IMG/VR virus record: IMGVR_UViG_2529292830_000019
Reading direction: 5' to 3' (one strand)
DNA: 13,926 bases
DNA from: a virus
Lineage: Duplodnaviria; Heunggongvirae; Uroviricota; Caudoviricetes
Both the position numbers and the translations under genes were made by a program. Numbering within the stretch: the stretch's first letter is position 1; each line of letters starts with the position of its first letter. Under the pieces are notes generated by a model. It was not told the origin of the DNA and searched no databases. It worked only from the letters and a program-made list of their open reading frames with translations. This document shows, in pieces, positions 1-7,447 of the stretch.

Positions 1-30
1 ACACCCACTCTATTTAAATACCGTCTTTTT

Positions 31-75
31 GTCACTGTGTGTCACTGGTTGTCACTCTCCGTCACGGTATGTCAC
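31..75. repeat. Five direct GTCAC repeats at exactly 10-bp spacing (31, 41, 51, 61, 71)
   Basis: Read directly: tGTCACtgtg / tGTCACtggt / tGTCACtctc / cGTCACggta / tGTCACcaca. Lies just downstream of the last minus-strand gene. Confidence 0.6.
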
Positions 76-81
76 CACAAG

Positions 82-375
82 TTAACGTCGTAACCGCTCC
101 GGCTTCTTCCAGTGGTAAGTAATTTTTTCTTTCTCCTGGTACATCTCCACGCGGCGACGATATGACAACAACTCCAGAACTCTGGTGCGTATATTGCGTA
201 TATCCACGCCGTTAAGCTCGATACCGTCACGGCGCATCACCTCAGCCACCACACGCGCGTAATTTTCGGCTATCACGCTGTCCGGCTGCGTGGCCTCCTG
301 TTTGCCTGCTTCCTGGCTGATTCCGGTAACGCGACGGATTATTTTTAGTAGTTCGGTTTCGCTCATTCTCGTCAT
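82..375 (-). CDS. Hypothetical protein, 97 aa, last gene of the packaging operon
   Basis: ATG at 375..373 overlaps the terL stop (ATGA). No family recognised; residues 5-25 are weakly helix-turn-helix-like. Confidence 0.5.
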   Translation of the reverse strand: MTRMSETELLKIIRRVTGISQEAGKQEATQPDSVIAENYARVVAEVMRRDGIELNGVDIRNIRTRVLELLSYRRRVEMYQEKEKITYHWKKPERLRR

Positions 376-2033
376 ACCCCATCAAACGCCGAAAGCCGCT
401 CTTTGTGGCTGTCGCTTATATCAAATGCAAATTCCTCATGTTCTGCCTGGAATGTGCCAAACGCCATCAGAGCCGCAACGCTCGGGTCTATCTTGTTGGA
501 TGATTTTTTCTTGTTCGGCTTGATATTGGCGTTCGCGTCACTCTGCATCACAACATTACTCATTGACCAGGCCAGCACCGGATCGCCACGATGCACAATC
601 ACCTTCCGGTTAACAAAAACTTCGAACGATTTCGCCGCCGGACTGAAACGAAGGTATGTTTGCGGGAACGGCTCCACCTCAAATCCTGCCCCCTGTAGCT
701 GCGTCCTCAGGTGCGTGGCGTTCCATGTATCGAAGCCCACCAGCCTGATATTGAAATTCTCTGCATCCGCCATGATGTCATCACGGATACGGTCATAATC
801 AATGCAGTCACCCGGTGTTGTGCGTATCCAGCCCGCCTTTACCCACTGGCGATAGATGGCGCGGTTTTTATTGGCGGGGTTCTGTAGCTGAAATTCAGGC
901 AGATAGTGACGGGAAACCAGCATAATCTTTTTACCGACCGGAAAGGCATAGCACACGCTGGAAATATCGCTGGTTGATGATAAGTCCAGCCCCGCGTAGC
1001 ACTCCTGCCCGTATAAATCCGCCTCCGCGAACGTTCCGGCGCACTCCGCCCATGCACCGTTACCCATCCACGGCGTAGCCCCCTGACACCAGATATTGAA
1101 TCGCTTGGTGAGCATTTCCACCCACTGCGACGGAATACCCCGCGCTTTCTGGATGGTTGAGGCCAGTTTTTCACGATCGACGGAAACATCGATATTGGGA
1201 TTCGCCTTTATCCACATCGCCGGATCGTCAACCTCGCTTTCATCATCCAGCTCGTAAATCAGCACGAACATGGATTCGTTCACCTCTTCACCATCCAGTA
1301 TCTGGCAGCAATAGTCATAGTGTTGTTTACAGGCTGAAACAACGTTGCTCCCCGATGTGGTGATGGCAAATAACAGCCCCTCCGGACGCGCCCCCATTCC
1401 CAGTTCAAGCGCGGAATAAACCCCGTTGTCAGGGTGCAGGTGATATTCATCCACAATGGCAAGACTCGGGTTTGTACCTTCAATGGTTGCCGCTTTTGCT
1501 GCCAGTGGCTTTAACAGGCTGTTGGTTTTCGGGTGTATCACCTTGTGTGCCTGAATATTTACCCGCTTTCGTAACGGTCGGGATAAAAGGCACATCTGAC
1601 GCGCATCATCAAACACGATCCGCGCCTGATCACGACTCACGGCGGCGGTGTAAATATCCTGCTGCCCGTTTTCCATAACCAGAAACCAGTTAGCCAGGAT
1701 AGCGGCGACCGTGGATTTGGCATTTTTTCGCGGCACTTCAATGAATGCGCTGGTGTATTTGCGCCGTCCGGTGGCCTTAACCTTAAAGCCCAGGATGCAC
1801 GCAAAGGCGAACTGCTGCCACGGCTCCAGCTCAATGGGGCTACCGCGCATTGCGCCTTTTACGTGCGGACACACCCTGGAAAAGGCAATAAACCGCTCCA
1901 CGACCTCCGGATCGAACGTGTAAAGGGGGTTTTCAAGGTCAGAAAAATCCCGTTTAACGGCCTGTTTCAGTCGTTTACAGGCCGTAATTTTGCCGTTTTT
2001 TACGCCTTCTGCGTACTCATGCCAGGCGGTCAA
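372..2033 (-). CDS. Phage terminase large subunit (HK97/Terminase_1-like), 553 aa
   Basis: Length and N-terminus (MTAWHEYAEGVKNGKITACKRLKQAVKRDF...) are typical of this family. First in-frame start is TTG at 2033..2031, preceded by GAGGA; it overlaps the terS stop by 17 nt. Confidence 0.88.
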   Translation of the reverse strand: MTAWHEYAEGVKNGKITACKRLKQAVKRDFSDLENPLYTFDPEVVERFIAFSRVCPHVKGAMRGSPIELEPWQQFAFACILGFKVKATGRRKYTSAFIEVPRKNAKSTVAAILANWFLVMENGQQDIYTAAVSRDQARIVFDDARQMCLLSRPLRKRVNIQAHKVIHPKTNSLLKPLAAKAATIEGTNPSLAIVDEYHLHPDNGVYSALELGMGARPEGLLFAITTSGSNVVSACKQHYDYCCQILDGEEVNESMFVLIYELDDESEVDDPAMWIKANPNIDVSVDREKLASTIQKARGIPSQWVEMLTKRFNIWCQGATPWMGNGAWAECAGTFAEADLYGQECYAGLDLSSTSDISSVCYAFPVGKKIMLVSRHYLPEFQLQNPANKNRAIYRQWVKAGWIRTTPGDCIDYDRIRDDIMADAENFNIRLVGFDTWNATHLRTQLQGAGFEVEPFPQTYLRFSPAAKSFEVFVNRKVIVHRGDPVLAWSMSNVVMQSDANANIKPNKKKSSNKIDPSVAALMAFGTFQAEHEEFAFDISDSHKERLSAFDGV

Positions 2034-2373
2034 GCTCGTCCTCTTCCTCTGTTTCCGGTGGATTTCTGCGGCGACTTACCGGGTCAAAACCCAGCAAAGA
2101 AGCCATTTTGATCATTATTCTTTCAGCGTCAGCCTTTGCGCTCAGGGCGGGGTTTCTGCTCTCGCTGCCCTGACTGTTAACAATGCTGAACCCGCGCGTG
2201 GCAAGGTCTTCGACGGCTTTGCGGTATATGGAGTAGTTAACGCAATACAGCTCCAGATTGCTCCAGTCGGCGGGGGTAAGGTCTTCCCGTCCGGAAAGCT
2301 GGCGCGATTTTTCCTTCCACTGCCTGACCGCGATTTCATCCAGGTAAGCGGGGGCTTTTGGTGGTCTTGCCAT
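2017..2373 (-). CDS. Phage terminase small subunit, P27 family, about 118 aa
   Basis: MARPPKAPAYLDEIAVRQWKEK... and the C-terminal region match the P27 terS pattern. I chose ATG at 2373; the ORF track's upstream start at 2514 adds a hydrophobic, non-terS-like extension. Confidence 0.72.
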   Translation of the reverse strand: MARPPKAPAYLDEIAVRQWKEKSRQLSGREDLTPADWSNLELYCVNYSIYRKAVEDLATRGFSIVNSQGSESRNPALSAKADAERIMIKMASLLGFDPVSRRRNPPETEEEDELDRLA

Positions 2374-2661
2374 GTTCTTTTTTCGCCCAATTATTTTCAA
2401 AAAAATTCCCGTGCACAAAAATTTGAGGAGGCGGTCGGTGTCCGGCAGGGACGGTTTCGTCCTGAAAACCACCCCCACCCCCTCTGACGGCCTCACCAGC
2501 GATTGCGAAAACATTCCATGACCTCGCGGTCACGGTCGGTTAATTGCTTCGCTGTGGTGCGTTCTGTGCGCCCTGTCCTGTTGGCTTTGTGCCCTGTCTC
2601 CTGTGTCTTCCATAAGTCACGCTGCCTTATCAGTCCACGTATCAGCCTGGTTTGCTCCTGT
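2374..2661. other. Non-coding HNH-terS intergenic region; candidate cos / terminase recognition region
   Basis: 288 bp with no convincing ORF. Contains the tract CCACCCCCACCCCCTC (2469-2484), a direct repeat tgtgc(g)ccctgtc (2565-2577 and 2588-2599), a hairpin GGACG-gttt-CGTCC (2446-2459) and an A/T-rich stretch next to the terS start. In HK97-type cos phages the site lies between HNH and terS. Confidence 0.3.
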
Positions 2662-3102
2662 TCAGTCATCATCGCCATACATCCAGTCGTTACGGTGTGC
2701 TGCCCGTTCTTCCTGCTCGCGATACATGCCCGCCTTACGGTTCGCTTTCGTGGCTGGATCTTCCCGTGTCGTCTTACGGTTGTGGCACGTCTGGCACAAT
2801 GCCTGGTGGTTCCACTCAGGCCAGAAGAGAACATCACCGCCGCCATTGATGGGGATGATGTGATCCACCACAAGAGCTGGCGTATAAATCCCCTTAGCCA
2901 GACAACGCACGCATAACGGGTTTTTGCTCAGGTACAGGGCGCGGTATTTGTCCCACTGTCGGGAATACCCGCGCGCGCGGCGGTGTCCCCGTCTGGCATC
3001 CTCTGCACGCCATACAGCCCGTCTGTGCTCTTCACACTTGCCGGACTTCACGCGCTTATTACAGCCCGGCTCAGTGCATCGCCTTAATGGTTGCCACGGC
3101 AT
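2662..3102 (-). CDS. HNH endonuclease (phage terminase-associated), 146 aa
   Basis: Cys-rich CxxC pairs plus the HNH core (VVDHIIPINGGGD...WNHQALCQTCHNRKT). ATG at 3102 overlaps the upstream stop (TGATG). Confidence 0.85.
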   Translation of the reverse strand: MPWQPLRRCTEPGCNKRVKSGKCEEHRRAVWRAEDARRGHRRARGYSRQWDKYRALYLSKNPLCVRCLAKGIYTPALVVDHIIPINGGGDVLFWPEWNHQALCQTCHNRKTTREDPATKANRKAGMYREQEERAAHRNDWMYGDDD

Positions 3103-3404
3103 CAGTACACCCCCACATCACGATAAACCGACCAGAGCGCAGAAATAGCCATAGGCAGTTCAGACTGCTCCACTGGTGAAACTGCTTCCCTGTTCTCGTA
3201 CAGGAAAGCGATGTACATCAGGCAACCAACACGCATTGCCGGGGTAAATTCCAGCCCGTCTTCAAAACGTTTCCCGATATGCTTCTGGCAGGCTTCCAGC
3301 GCCGCATCGGTATACATTTTCAGAAGTTCGCCTTCACCGGATAAATCATCATCAAGTCGAAGATGTGCCCTGACTTCATCAGGTGTAATTCTGGCTTCAC
3401 TCAT
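3102..3404 (-). CDS. gp6-like head-tail connector / head completion protein, about 100 aa
   Basis: MSEARITPDEVRAHLRLDDD...EGELLKMYTDAALEACQKHIGK resembles the Phage_connect_1 (gp6-like) N-terminus. Start ATG at 3404 with GGGAGA upstream; it overlaps the portal stop by 8 nt. Confidence 0.7.
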   Translation of the reverse strand: MSEARITPDEVRAHLRLDDDLSGEGELLKMYTDAALEACQKHIGKRFEDGLEFTPAMRVGCLMYIAFLYENREAVSPVEQSELPMAISALWSVYRDVGVY

Positions 3405-4611
3405 CTTTTCTCCCTTTAATTTCCACAGTCTGTTTCCATGCCTGGCTGAACTCATCACCACCTTCACGCGGCGGCATACCCTCGCGTTCGCGAGCTTCGT
3501 TCGGATTCATGATCCCGCTCTTAATCCCTTTCTCATACGTGGCATAACGTTCGGTGGGTGTGGCGCGCAGTAAATCGGCTGAATCAAACTCAACCAGATA
3601 ACGGGTACCAGGTACGGGAGAAGTCACCAGCAAAGCGGCCTTGATTTGCTGTTCGAAGTTCGCCAGCCACGGGCGCATTGTCATGGTCAGAAATGCGCGG
3701 CTCGCCTCACTGAAATTGCTGTAGGTGCTGTTGCTGTATTCCTGAAGAAAAATCGGCGACACGTTGAACATCCTGGCGATGTCTTCAATGGAGAAGCGAC
3801 GGGAGGCCAGCCATTCCGCATCCTGGTTACTCATCCCCAGCTGCCTGTAATCCATGCCCCCTTCAAGGATTGGCGTTTTTCCGGCATTTTTCGCCCCCTT
3901 GTAGCGTTCCAGTGCGTCTAATGCCTGTTTACCTTTCACGCCGTCCAGCCATTCACCTGACGTGATAATCCCTGCCGCCATCATGCCATCTTTCATAATG
4001 CTGGCTCCGTGACGCTGTTGAGCAAGGCCAAGCCCCAGCGCCTCACGGCAAATCGTGACGGGGGAACGCCCCAGAAAGCCATCATCCGAGGCATAGCGGA
4101 GATGCAGAACTTCTTCCTGTAAATACGTGCGCACCGTTCCTGTACAGGGTTCGGTGATGGTATAGCGGTATTTGTGTGTGCCTGTGCGTTCCGGTACAAC
4201 ACACCCCGGCGCATAAGGATGAAGTGATTTTGGCTGCCCGTCCCGCCCCCACTCAATAACCGCATAGGCGTTACCGTTCAGCAGGCAGTGACGCATCATT
4301 GTGCGTTTAAACTGGTAAGGTGTCAGGCACGAATTAGGCTGCTCATTCAGCAGAATATCTACCGGGTGACTGTCCAGCCATTCCCGCGCCTCTCTGCCCT
4401 TATCATTGCGTACCAGATACAGGTAACACGGCATCGTGGCCACCGCCTCAGCGATGACAGAAACCGCGTTCATCACAGCAGGCAATGATTCAGCCGTCCC
4501 GGCAGAAACATATTCTCCGGATCCGGTATTTGGTACACCAGACAACGCCAGAAAATCATCAATGGACAGGTTACGCAGATCGCTTTTTTTACGACTAAAA
4601 GGCCACCACAT
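3397..4611 (-). CDS. HK97-family portal protein, about 404 aa
   Basis: Size and sequence are portal-like. I chose ATG at 4611 (MWWPFSRKK...), one nucleotide after the protease stop; the ORF-track start at 4701 would overlap the protease gene. Confidence 0.85.
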   Translation of the reverse strand: MWWPFSRKKSDLRNLSIDDFLALSGVPNTGSGEYVSAGTAESLPAVMNAVSVIAEAVATMPCYLYLVRNDKGREAREWLDSHPVDILLNEQPNSCLTPYQFKRTMMRHCLLNGNAYAVIEWGRDGQPKSLHPYAPGCVVPERTGTHKYRYTITEPCTGTVRTYLQEEVLHLRYASDDGFLGRSPVTICREALGLGLAQQRHGASIMKDGMMAAGIITSGEWLDGVKGKQALDALERYKGAKNAGKTPILEGGMDYRQLGMSNQDAEWLASRRFSIEDIARMFNVSPIFLQEYSNSTYSNFSEASRAFLTMTMRPWLANFEQQIKAALLVTSPVPGTRYLVEFDSADLLRATPTERYATYEKGIKSGIMNPNEAREREGMPPREGGDEFSQAWKQTVEIKGRKDE

Positions 4612-4612
4612 A

Positions 4613-5173
4613 TCACAACCCCGCCAGTTCAGCCCAGCGATGACGATTATTTCCTGCCGGGCGTAATTCAGGGTACTGTGCAAACAACGAACGGTGGGCA
4701 ATCTCCACGCCGGATTCGGGATAAGCAGGCATCGATGTTATCGTGATTTCACGGAGTTCTGCTGCGGTTACAGTACGCAGATACGGTTTTTGCGCGATAT
4801 TCCACTCCTCGCATAATGCGCGAAAGCCAAAGCTCATTCCTGTAATATCGCCACGTTCCACCAGCGTAAGCACATCTTTTCCAAGCTGGGTATTTGGCGG
4901 TGTCAGTTCAAAACGTAGCCCGGTGTTATCCTCAGTCAGTACCAGTGAGCCGGATTTGGTACGCCCCAGCAGTTGGGTATAGTCATGCTCATACAGACAG
5001 CGCACATCATTACCTGCCGCCAGATAGTCAGCAAAAGCCCCCGGCGTGAACTGTTCGCGAAACTCGTCCCAGATAATTTCTGAAAGGCTGTTCCAGCGAA
5101 CGGCATAACCCACCAGTTTTTTATCGCTGGCGGTCAGTTCAGATGTACGGATTTCAAAATCGGTGTTTTTCAT
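4613..5173 (-). CDS. HK97-family prohead protease (S78/U35), about 186 aa
   Basis: MKNTDFEIRTSE...GYAVRWNSL...GMSFGFRA...ITSMPAYPESG matches the prohead-protease pattern. ATG at 5173 with GGAG 7 nt upstream; the ORF-track start at 5398 lies inside the capsid gene. Confidence 0.85.
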   Translation of the reverse strand: MKNTDFEIRTSELTASDKKLVGYAVRWNSLSEIIWDEFREQFTPGAFADYLAAGNDVRCLYEHDYTQLLGRTKSGSLVLTEDNTGLRFELTPPNTQLGKDVLTLVERGDITGMSFGFRALCEEWNIAQKPYLRTVTAAELREITITSMPAYPESGVEIAHRSLFAQYPELRPAGNNRHRWAELAGL

Positions 5174-5191
5174 CGGTGTACTCCATAAAGC

Positions 5192-5216
5192 TGAAAAAGG
5201 AGGCCGAAGCCCCCTT
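5192..5216 (-). terminator. Intrinsic terminator/attenuator between the capsid and protease genes
   Basis: On the minus-strand RNA: GGGGGC-UUCG-GCCUCC (six base pairs including one G-U, UUCG tetraloop) followed by UUUUU, then the protease RBS and ATG. Confidence 0.45.
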
Positions 5217-5222
5217 TGCTCA

Positions 5223-6368
5223 TTACTTGCCAGCCTGAATTTCCAGAATCTTGATGGCGTTCGAATCCACCACACCACCGCCCAGATATTTCTGGGTATA
5301 GATGTTAATGAATCCAGGCTCGCTGAAATCCGGACGGGTACGCGTACCGGTTTTATGGTCAACGATGAAATAACCGCGCTTAAAGTCACCGACTGCAATC
5401 ACACCGTCCGGCATAAATTCCAGATATTCAACCGGAAGCCCCAGCAGAGAATCAGGATCACCAGCCTGTAAACGATCGCGCCAGATGTAATCACCAGTGG
5501 CATTTTTCAGTTTTTGTGCGGAGGCGGCTGTATTTGAGTTCATCACCCATACAGCTTTTTTGCGGTACTTATTGCGCAGCGTAAATTTCAGGTCAATCAG
5601 CATATCGGCGCTGAGACTGCCAGTCACTTTTTTCGTCTGGAGCGTACCGAAAGGACGGGTTTTGTCATTATCCGTAGTGCGCGGGAAAGTCAGGAAACCT
5701 TTGGCTTTTTTCTCGCCATCCCCGGAAACCAGATCCGTTTCTTCGGTATCAACGAAAGTGTCGCCAATTTCAGAAGATAACCAGCCCATAATATCGACTT
5801 CGGAAAAATCGATAATTTCCTGAGTGGTTTTCGGGTAAGCGTAGATCGGATACAGGCGGATACTGACTTCATTCAGTTTTGGGGTTGCCGTCTGGTTACG
5901 TGCCGCACCTTCTTCGCCGTGTCCCACGACCGCACCCCCGGCAGAAACCAGTTGCTTAAATTCATTACTGTGAATGGTTTTAACAGTACAGATTTTACGC
6001 ATCACCGACTCATCAGAAAGCTGACGCATAATTTCTCTGTTCAGTTCCGGGATAACCGTATAACCACCATCAGCCGGAACACTGCCGGACAGGTTGCGGG
6101 TTTCCCCGGTCAGAATGTAAGAGCGTAGCTCATTTTTGGTGATTTTATCTTCGACGGGAACACCAGGCTGGTTACGTTCTTCATCAGCCACAGACTCGAG
6201 GCGGGAAATTTCTGTGTCGAGGGAATCGGCTTTTGCACGCAGTTCATCAAACTGTTTGCCTTCGTCATCGGTTAGACTGCGGTTTTCACTGTCGGCTTTT
6301 TCCAGCAGGGATCGCATCTGGTTTTTCAGGGCGGTTTTTTGCTGGCGGAGTTCGATTAATTTCTTCAT
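5223..6368 (-). CDS. HK97-family major capsid protein, 381 aa
   Basis: N-terminal coiled-coil delta-like region (MKKLIELRQQKTALKNQMRSLLEKA...) followed by an HK97-fold-like body; size is typical. Confidence 0.9.
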   Translation of the reverse strand: MKKLIELRQQKTALKNQMRSLLEKADSENRSLTDDEGKQFDELRAKADSLDTEISRLESVADEERNQPGVPVEDKITKNELRSYILTGETRNLSGSVPADGGYTVIPELNREIMRQLSDESVMRKICTVKTIHSNEFKQLVSAGGAVVGHGEEGAARNQTATPKLNEVSIRLYPIYAYPKTTQEIIDFSEVDIMGWLSSEIGDTFVDTEETDLVSGDGEKKAKGFLTFPRTTDNDKTRPFGTLQTKKVTGSLSADMLIDLKFTLRNKYRKKAVWVMNSNTAASAQKLKNATGDYIWRDRLQAGDPDSLLGLPVEYLEFMPDGVIAVGDFKRGYFIVDHKTGTRTRPDFSEPGFINIYTQKYLGGGVVDSNAIKILEIQAGK

Positions 6369-6517
6369 GAAGGTTTTCTCGCATTGGTTAAGATTCAGGA
6401 CGTGAAACCAACACGGGGGGAGCGCCGCCCGACACTCTCGGCATCTCGCAGATCAACCCGGCATCGCGCAGGGGGTCAGGCGGCATTGTGGCGGCTCACG
6501 TCTGAGTGCCACACGCC

Positions 6518-6545
6518 AACATATACATAAAAATCAGTATGTAAA
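6518..6545 (-). promoter_or_regulatory. Candidate sigma70 promoter for the head/packaging operon (-35 TTTACA, 16-nt spacer, -10 TATGTT on the minus strand)
   Basis: Hexamers read by eye. Lies between the upstream terminator and the capsid ATG, giving a leader of about 140 nt. Confidence 0.25.
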
Positions 6546-6562
6546 CATCAACCAGAATCACC

Positions 6563-6590
6563 GAACAACCTGGAACAACCACGAACAAAT
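6563..6590 (-). repeat. Three 10-bp-phased repeats (minus strand ATTTGTTCgt / GGTTGTTCca / GGTTGTTCgg) upstream of the candidate capsid promoter
   Basis: Read directly; plus strand shows GAACAACC at 6563 and 6573 and GAACAAAT at 6583. The same TTGTTC/TTGTGTC motif recurs at 12350-12400 and 12614-12676. Confidence 0.55.
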
Positions 6591-6602
6591 AATTTACAAA
6601 AC

Positions 6603-6634
6603 CTGAAAAAAGACCCGGAAAAAATCCGGGCCTT
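6603..6634 (-). terminator. Rho-independent terminator separating the SSB/FinO operon from the head operon
   Basis: Minus-strand RNA: GGCCCGGA-UUUUU-UCCGGGUC stem-loop followed by UUUUUU, immediately after the stop of the 82-aa ORF at 6642. Weaker U-run on the plus strand. Confidence 0.55.
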
Positions 6635-6641
6635 TATCGCT

Positions 6642-6890
6642 TTATTGTTTCACTGGCTCCCGCATTCTGCGTCTTATTTTCCACAAATATTCGATCATCG
6701 CTTCCACCTGCTCACGGTTGGTTGCGAAAATTTCCCCGGTCAGTGAGCTACGCAGAAAATCATGATGATCCACAAAAAATAACGCATCGGAAGAAAGCAA
6801 CCGACGATATTTTTTTGCTGTCGTGGTTTCCAGATCATCAAAACCATGAAGCTTTTTATGTTGCTGAACTTCTTCAAATGTCACTGGCAT
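6642..6890 (-). CDS. Hypothetical protein, 82 aa
   Basis: ATG at 6890 overlaps the upstream gene by 10 nt (coupled). No family recognised. Confidence 0.5.
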   Translation of the reverse strand: MPVTFEEVQQHKKLHGFDDLETTTAKKYRRLLSSDALFFVDHHDFLRSSLTGEIFATNREQVEAMIEYLWKIRRRMREPVKQ

Positions 6891-7411
6891 GTATCCCCCT
6901 TTGCTGCCCGGCGCTGGCGCTTGTGCTTCTCATTCAGCACCATCAGCCGTGTTTCTGCCTCCTGCTGTTCCTGTGGTGTCACTTCCCCACATGGCTGGCC
7001 TTTCAGGTCGTAACGTGCGCCACCAGCTATCAGGGCGCGGTAATAGCGCGGAGACTGCGCATAGGATGCCAGCGTCGCACGTAATACCCCCGACCCGAAT
7101 GCCAGCCCCCTGACGGCGATATCCTGCATCAGGTCGTCGAATATCCCCACCTTAAGCGGCTTCGGTGCTTTATGGCTGAATAAGTCAGGCCACATCTCAG
7201 TGAGGCGGTTAACGCGTCGGCGGTTTTTGCGCTGCCTTTTGGTCATATGCTGCCACGGTGTCGCCCCTGTGGGCTTCTGCTGTGCGTTCTGATTGCCGGG
7301 TATCACTTTATGCGCCGATGTGGTTTTATCCTGCTCTTGCGCCGCCTGCGTCGTTTTCTGCGGCGTGCCGTAAATGCCTTTCGGCTTCCGGTTAATGGTC
7401 AGCGTTGTCAT
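6881..7411 (-). CDS. FinO/ProQ-domain RNA-binding protein (RNA chaperone-like), 176 aa
   Basis: Basic N-terminus followed by WPDLF...KPLKVGIFDDLMQDIA...LRATLASYAQSPRYYRALIAGGARYDLKGQPCGEVT, which parallels F-plasmid FinO (WPGLF...) and ProQ (KPLKIGIFQDLV...RVDLDGNPCGEL). GGGGGAAGG RBS. Confidence 0.7.
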   Translation of the reverse strand: MTTLTINRKPKGIYGTPQKTTQAAQEQDKTTSAHKVIPGNQNAQQKPTGATPWQHMTKRQRKNRRRVNRLTEMWPDLFSHKAPKPLKVGIFDDLMQDIAVRGLAFGSGVLRATLASYAQSPRYYRALIAGGARYDLKGQPCGEVTPQEQQEAETRLMVLNEKHKRQRRAAKGDTCQ

Positions 7412-7447
7412 GCCTTCCCCCGTAATTACTCTGTTCGCTGTTGTGAA

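Noticed and set aside
31-75. The GTCAC array as additional P4 type I iterons
   Set aside because: The motif lacks the extra T of TGTTCACC and is not in AT-rich origin-like DNA, so it is kept as a separate phased repeat of unknown role.
1990-2487. 165-aa plus-strand ORF antisense to terS and terL (with similar antisense ORFs at 7247-7729, 7687-8142, 9103-9588 and 9672-10046)
   Set aside because: All lie opposite confidently assigned genes, are Cys/Pro/Ser-rich with odd composition, and lack ribosome-binding sites; they are treated as shadow ORFs.
2374-2514. Longer terS start at 2514 (165 aa)
   Set aside because: The extra 47 residues are hydrophobic and unlike P27-family terS N-termini, whereas MARPPKAP at 2373 matches the family pattern. 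I kept the region as non-coding, but the start remains unverified.
4612-4701. Longer portal start at 4701 (and longer protease start at 5398)
   Set aside because: Both extensions overlap the upstream gene extensively; the internal ATGs at 4611 and 5173 abut the upstream stops and have better context.
2374-6500. A P2/P4-type 19-nt cos sequence (GGCGAGGCGGGGAAAGCAC, from memory)
   Set aside because: I could not find this sequence or a close variant; with HNH/terS/terL present, an HK97-type cos is more likely. The cos candidates remain unproven.
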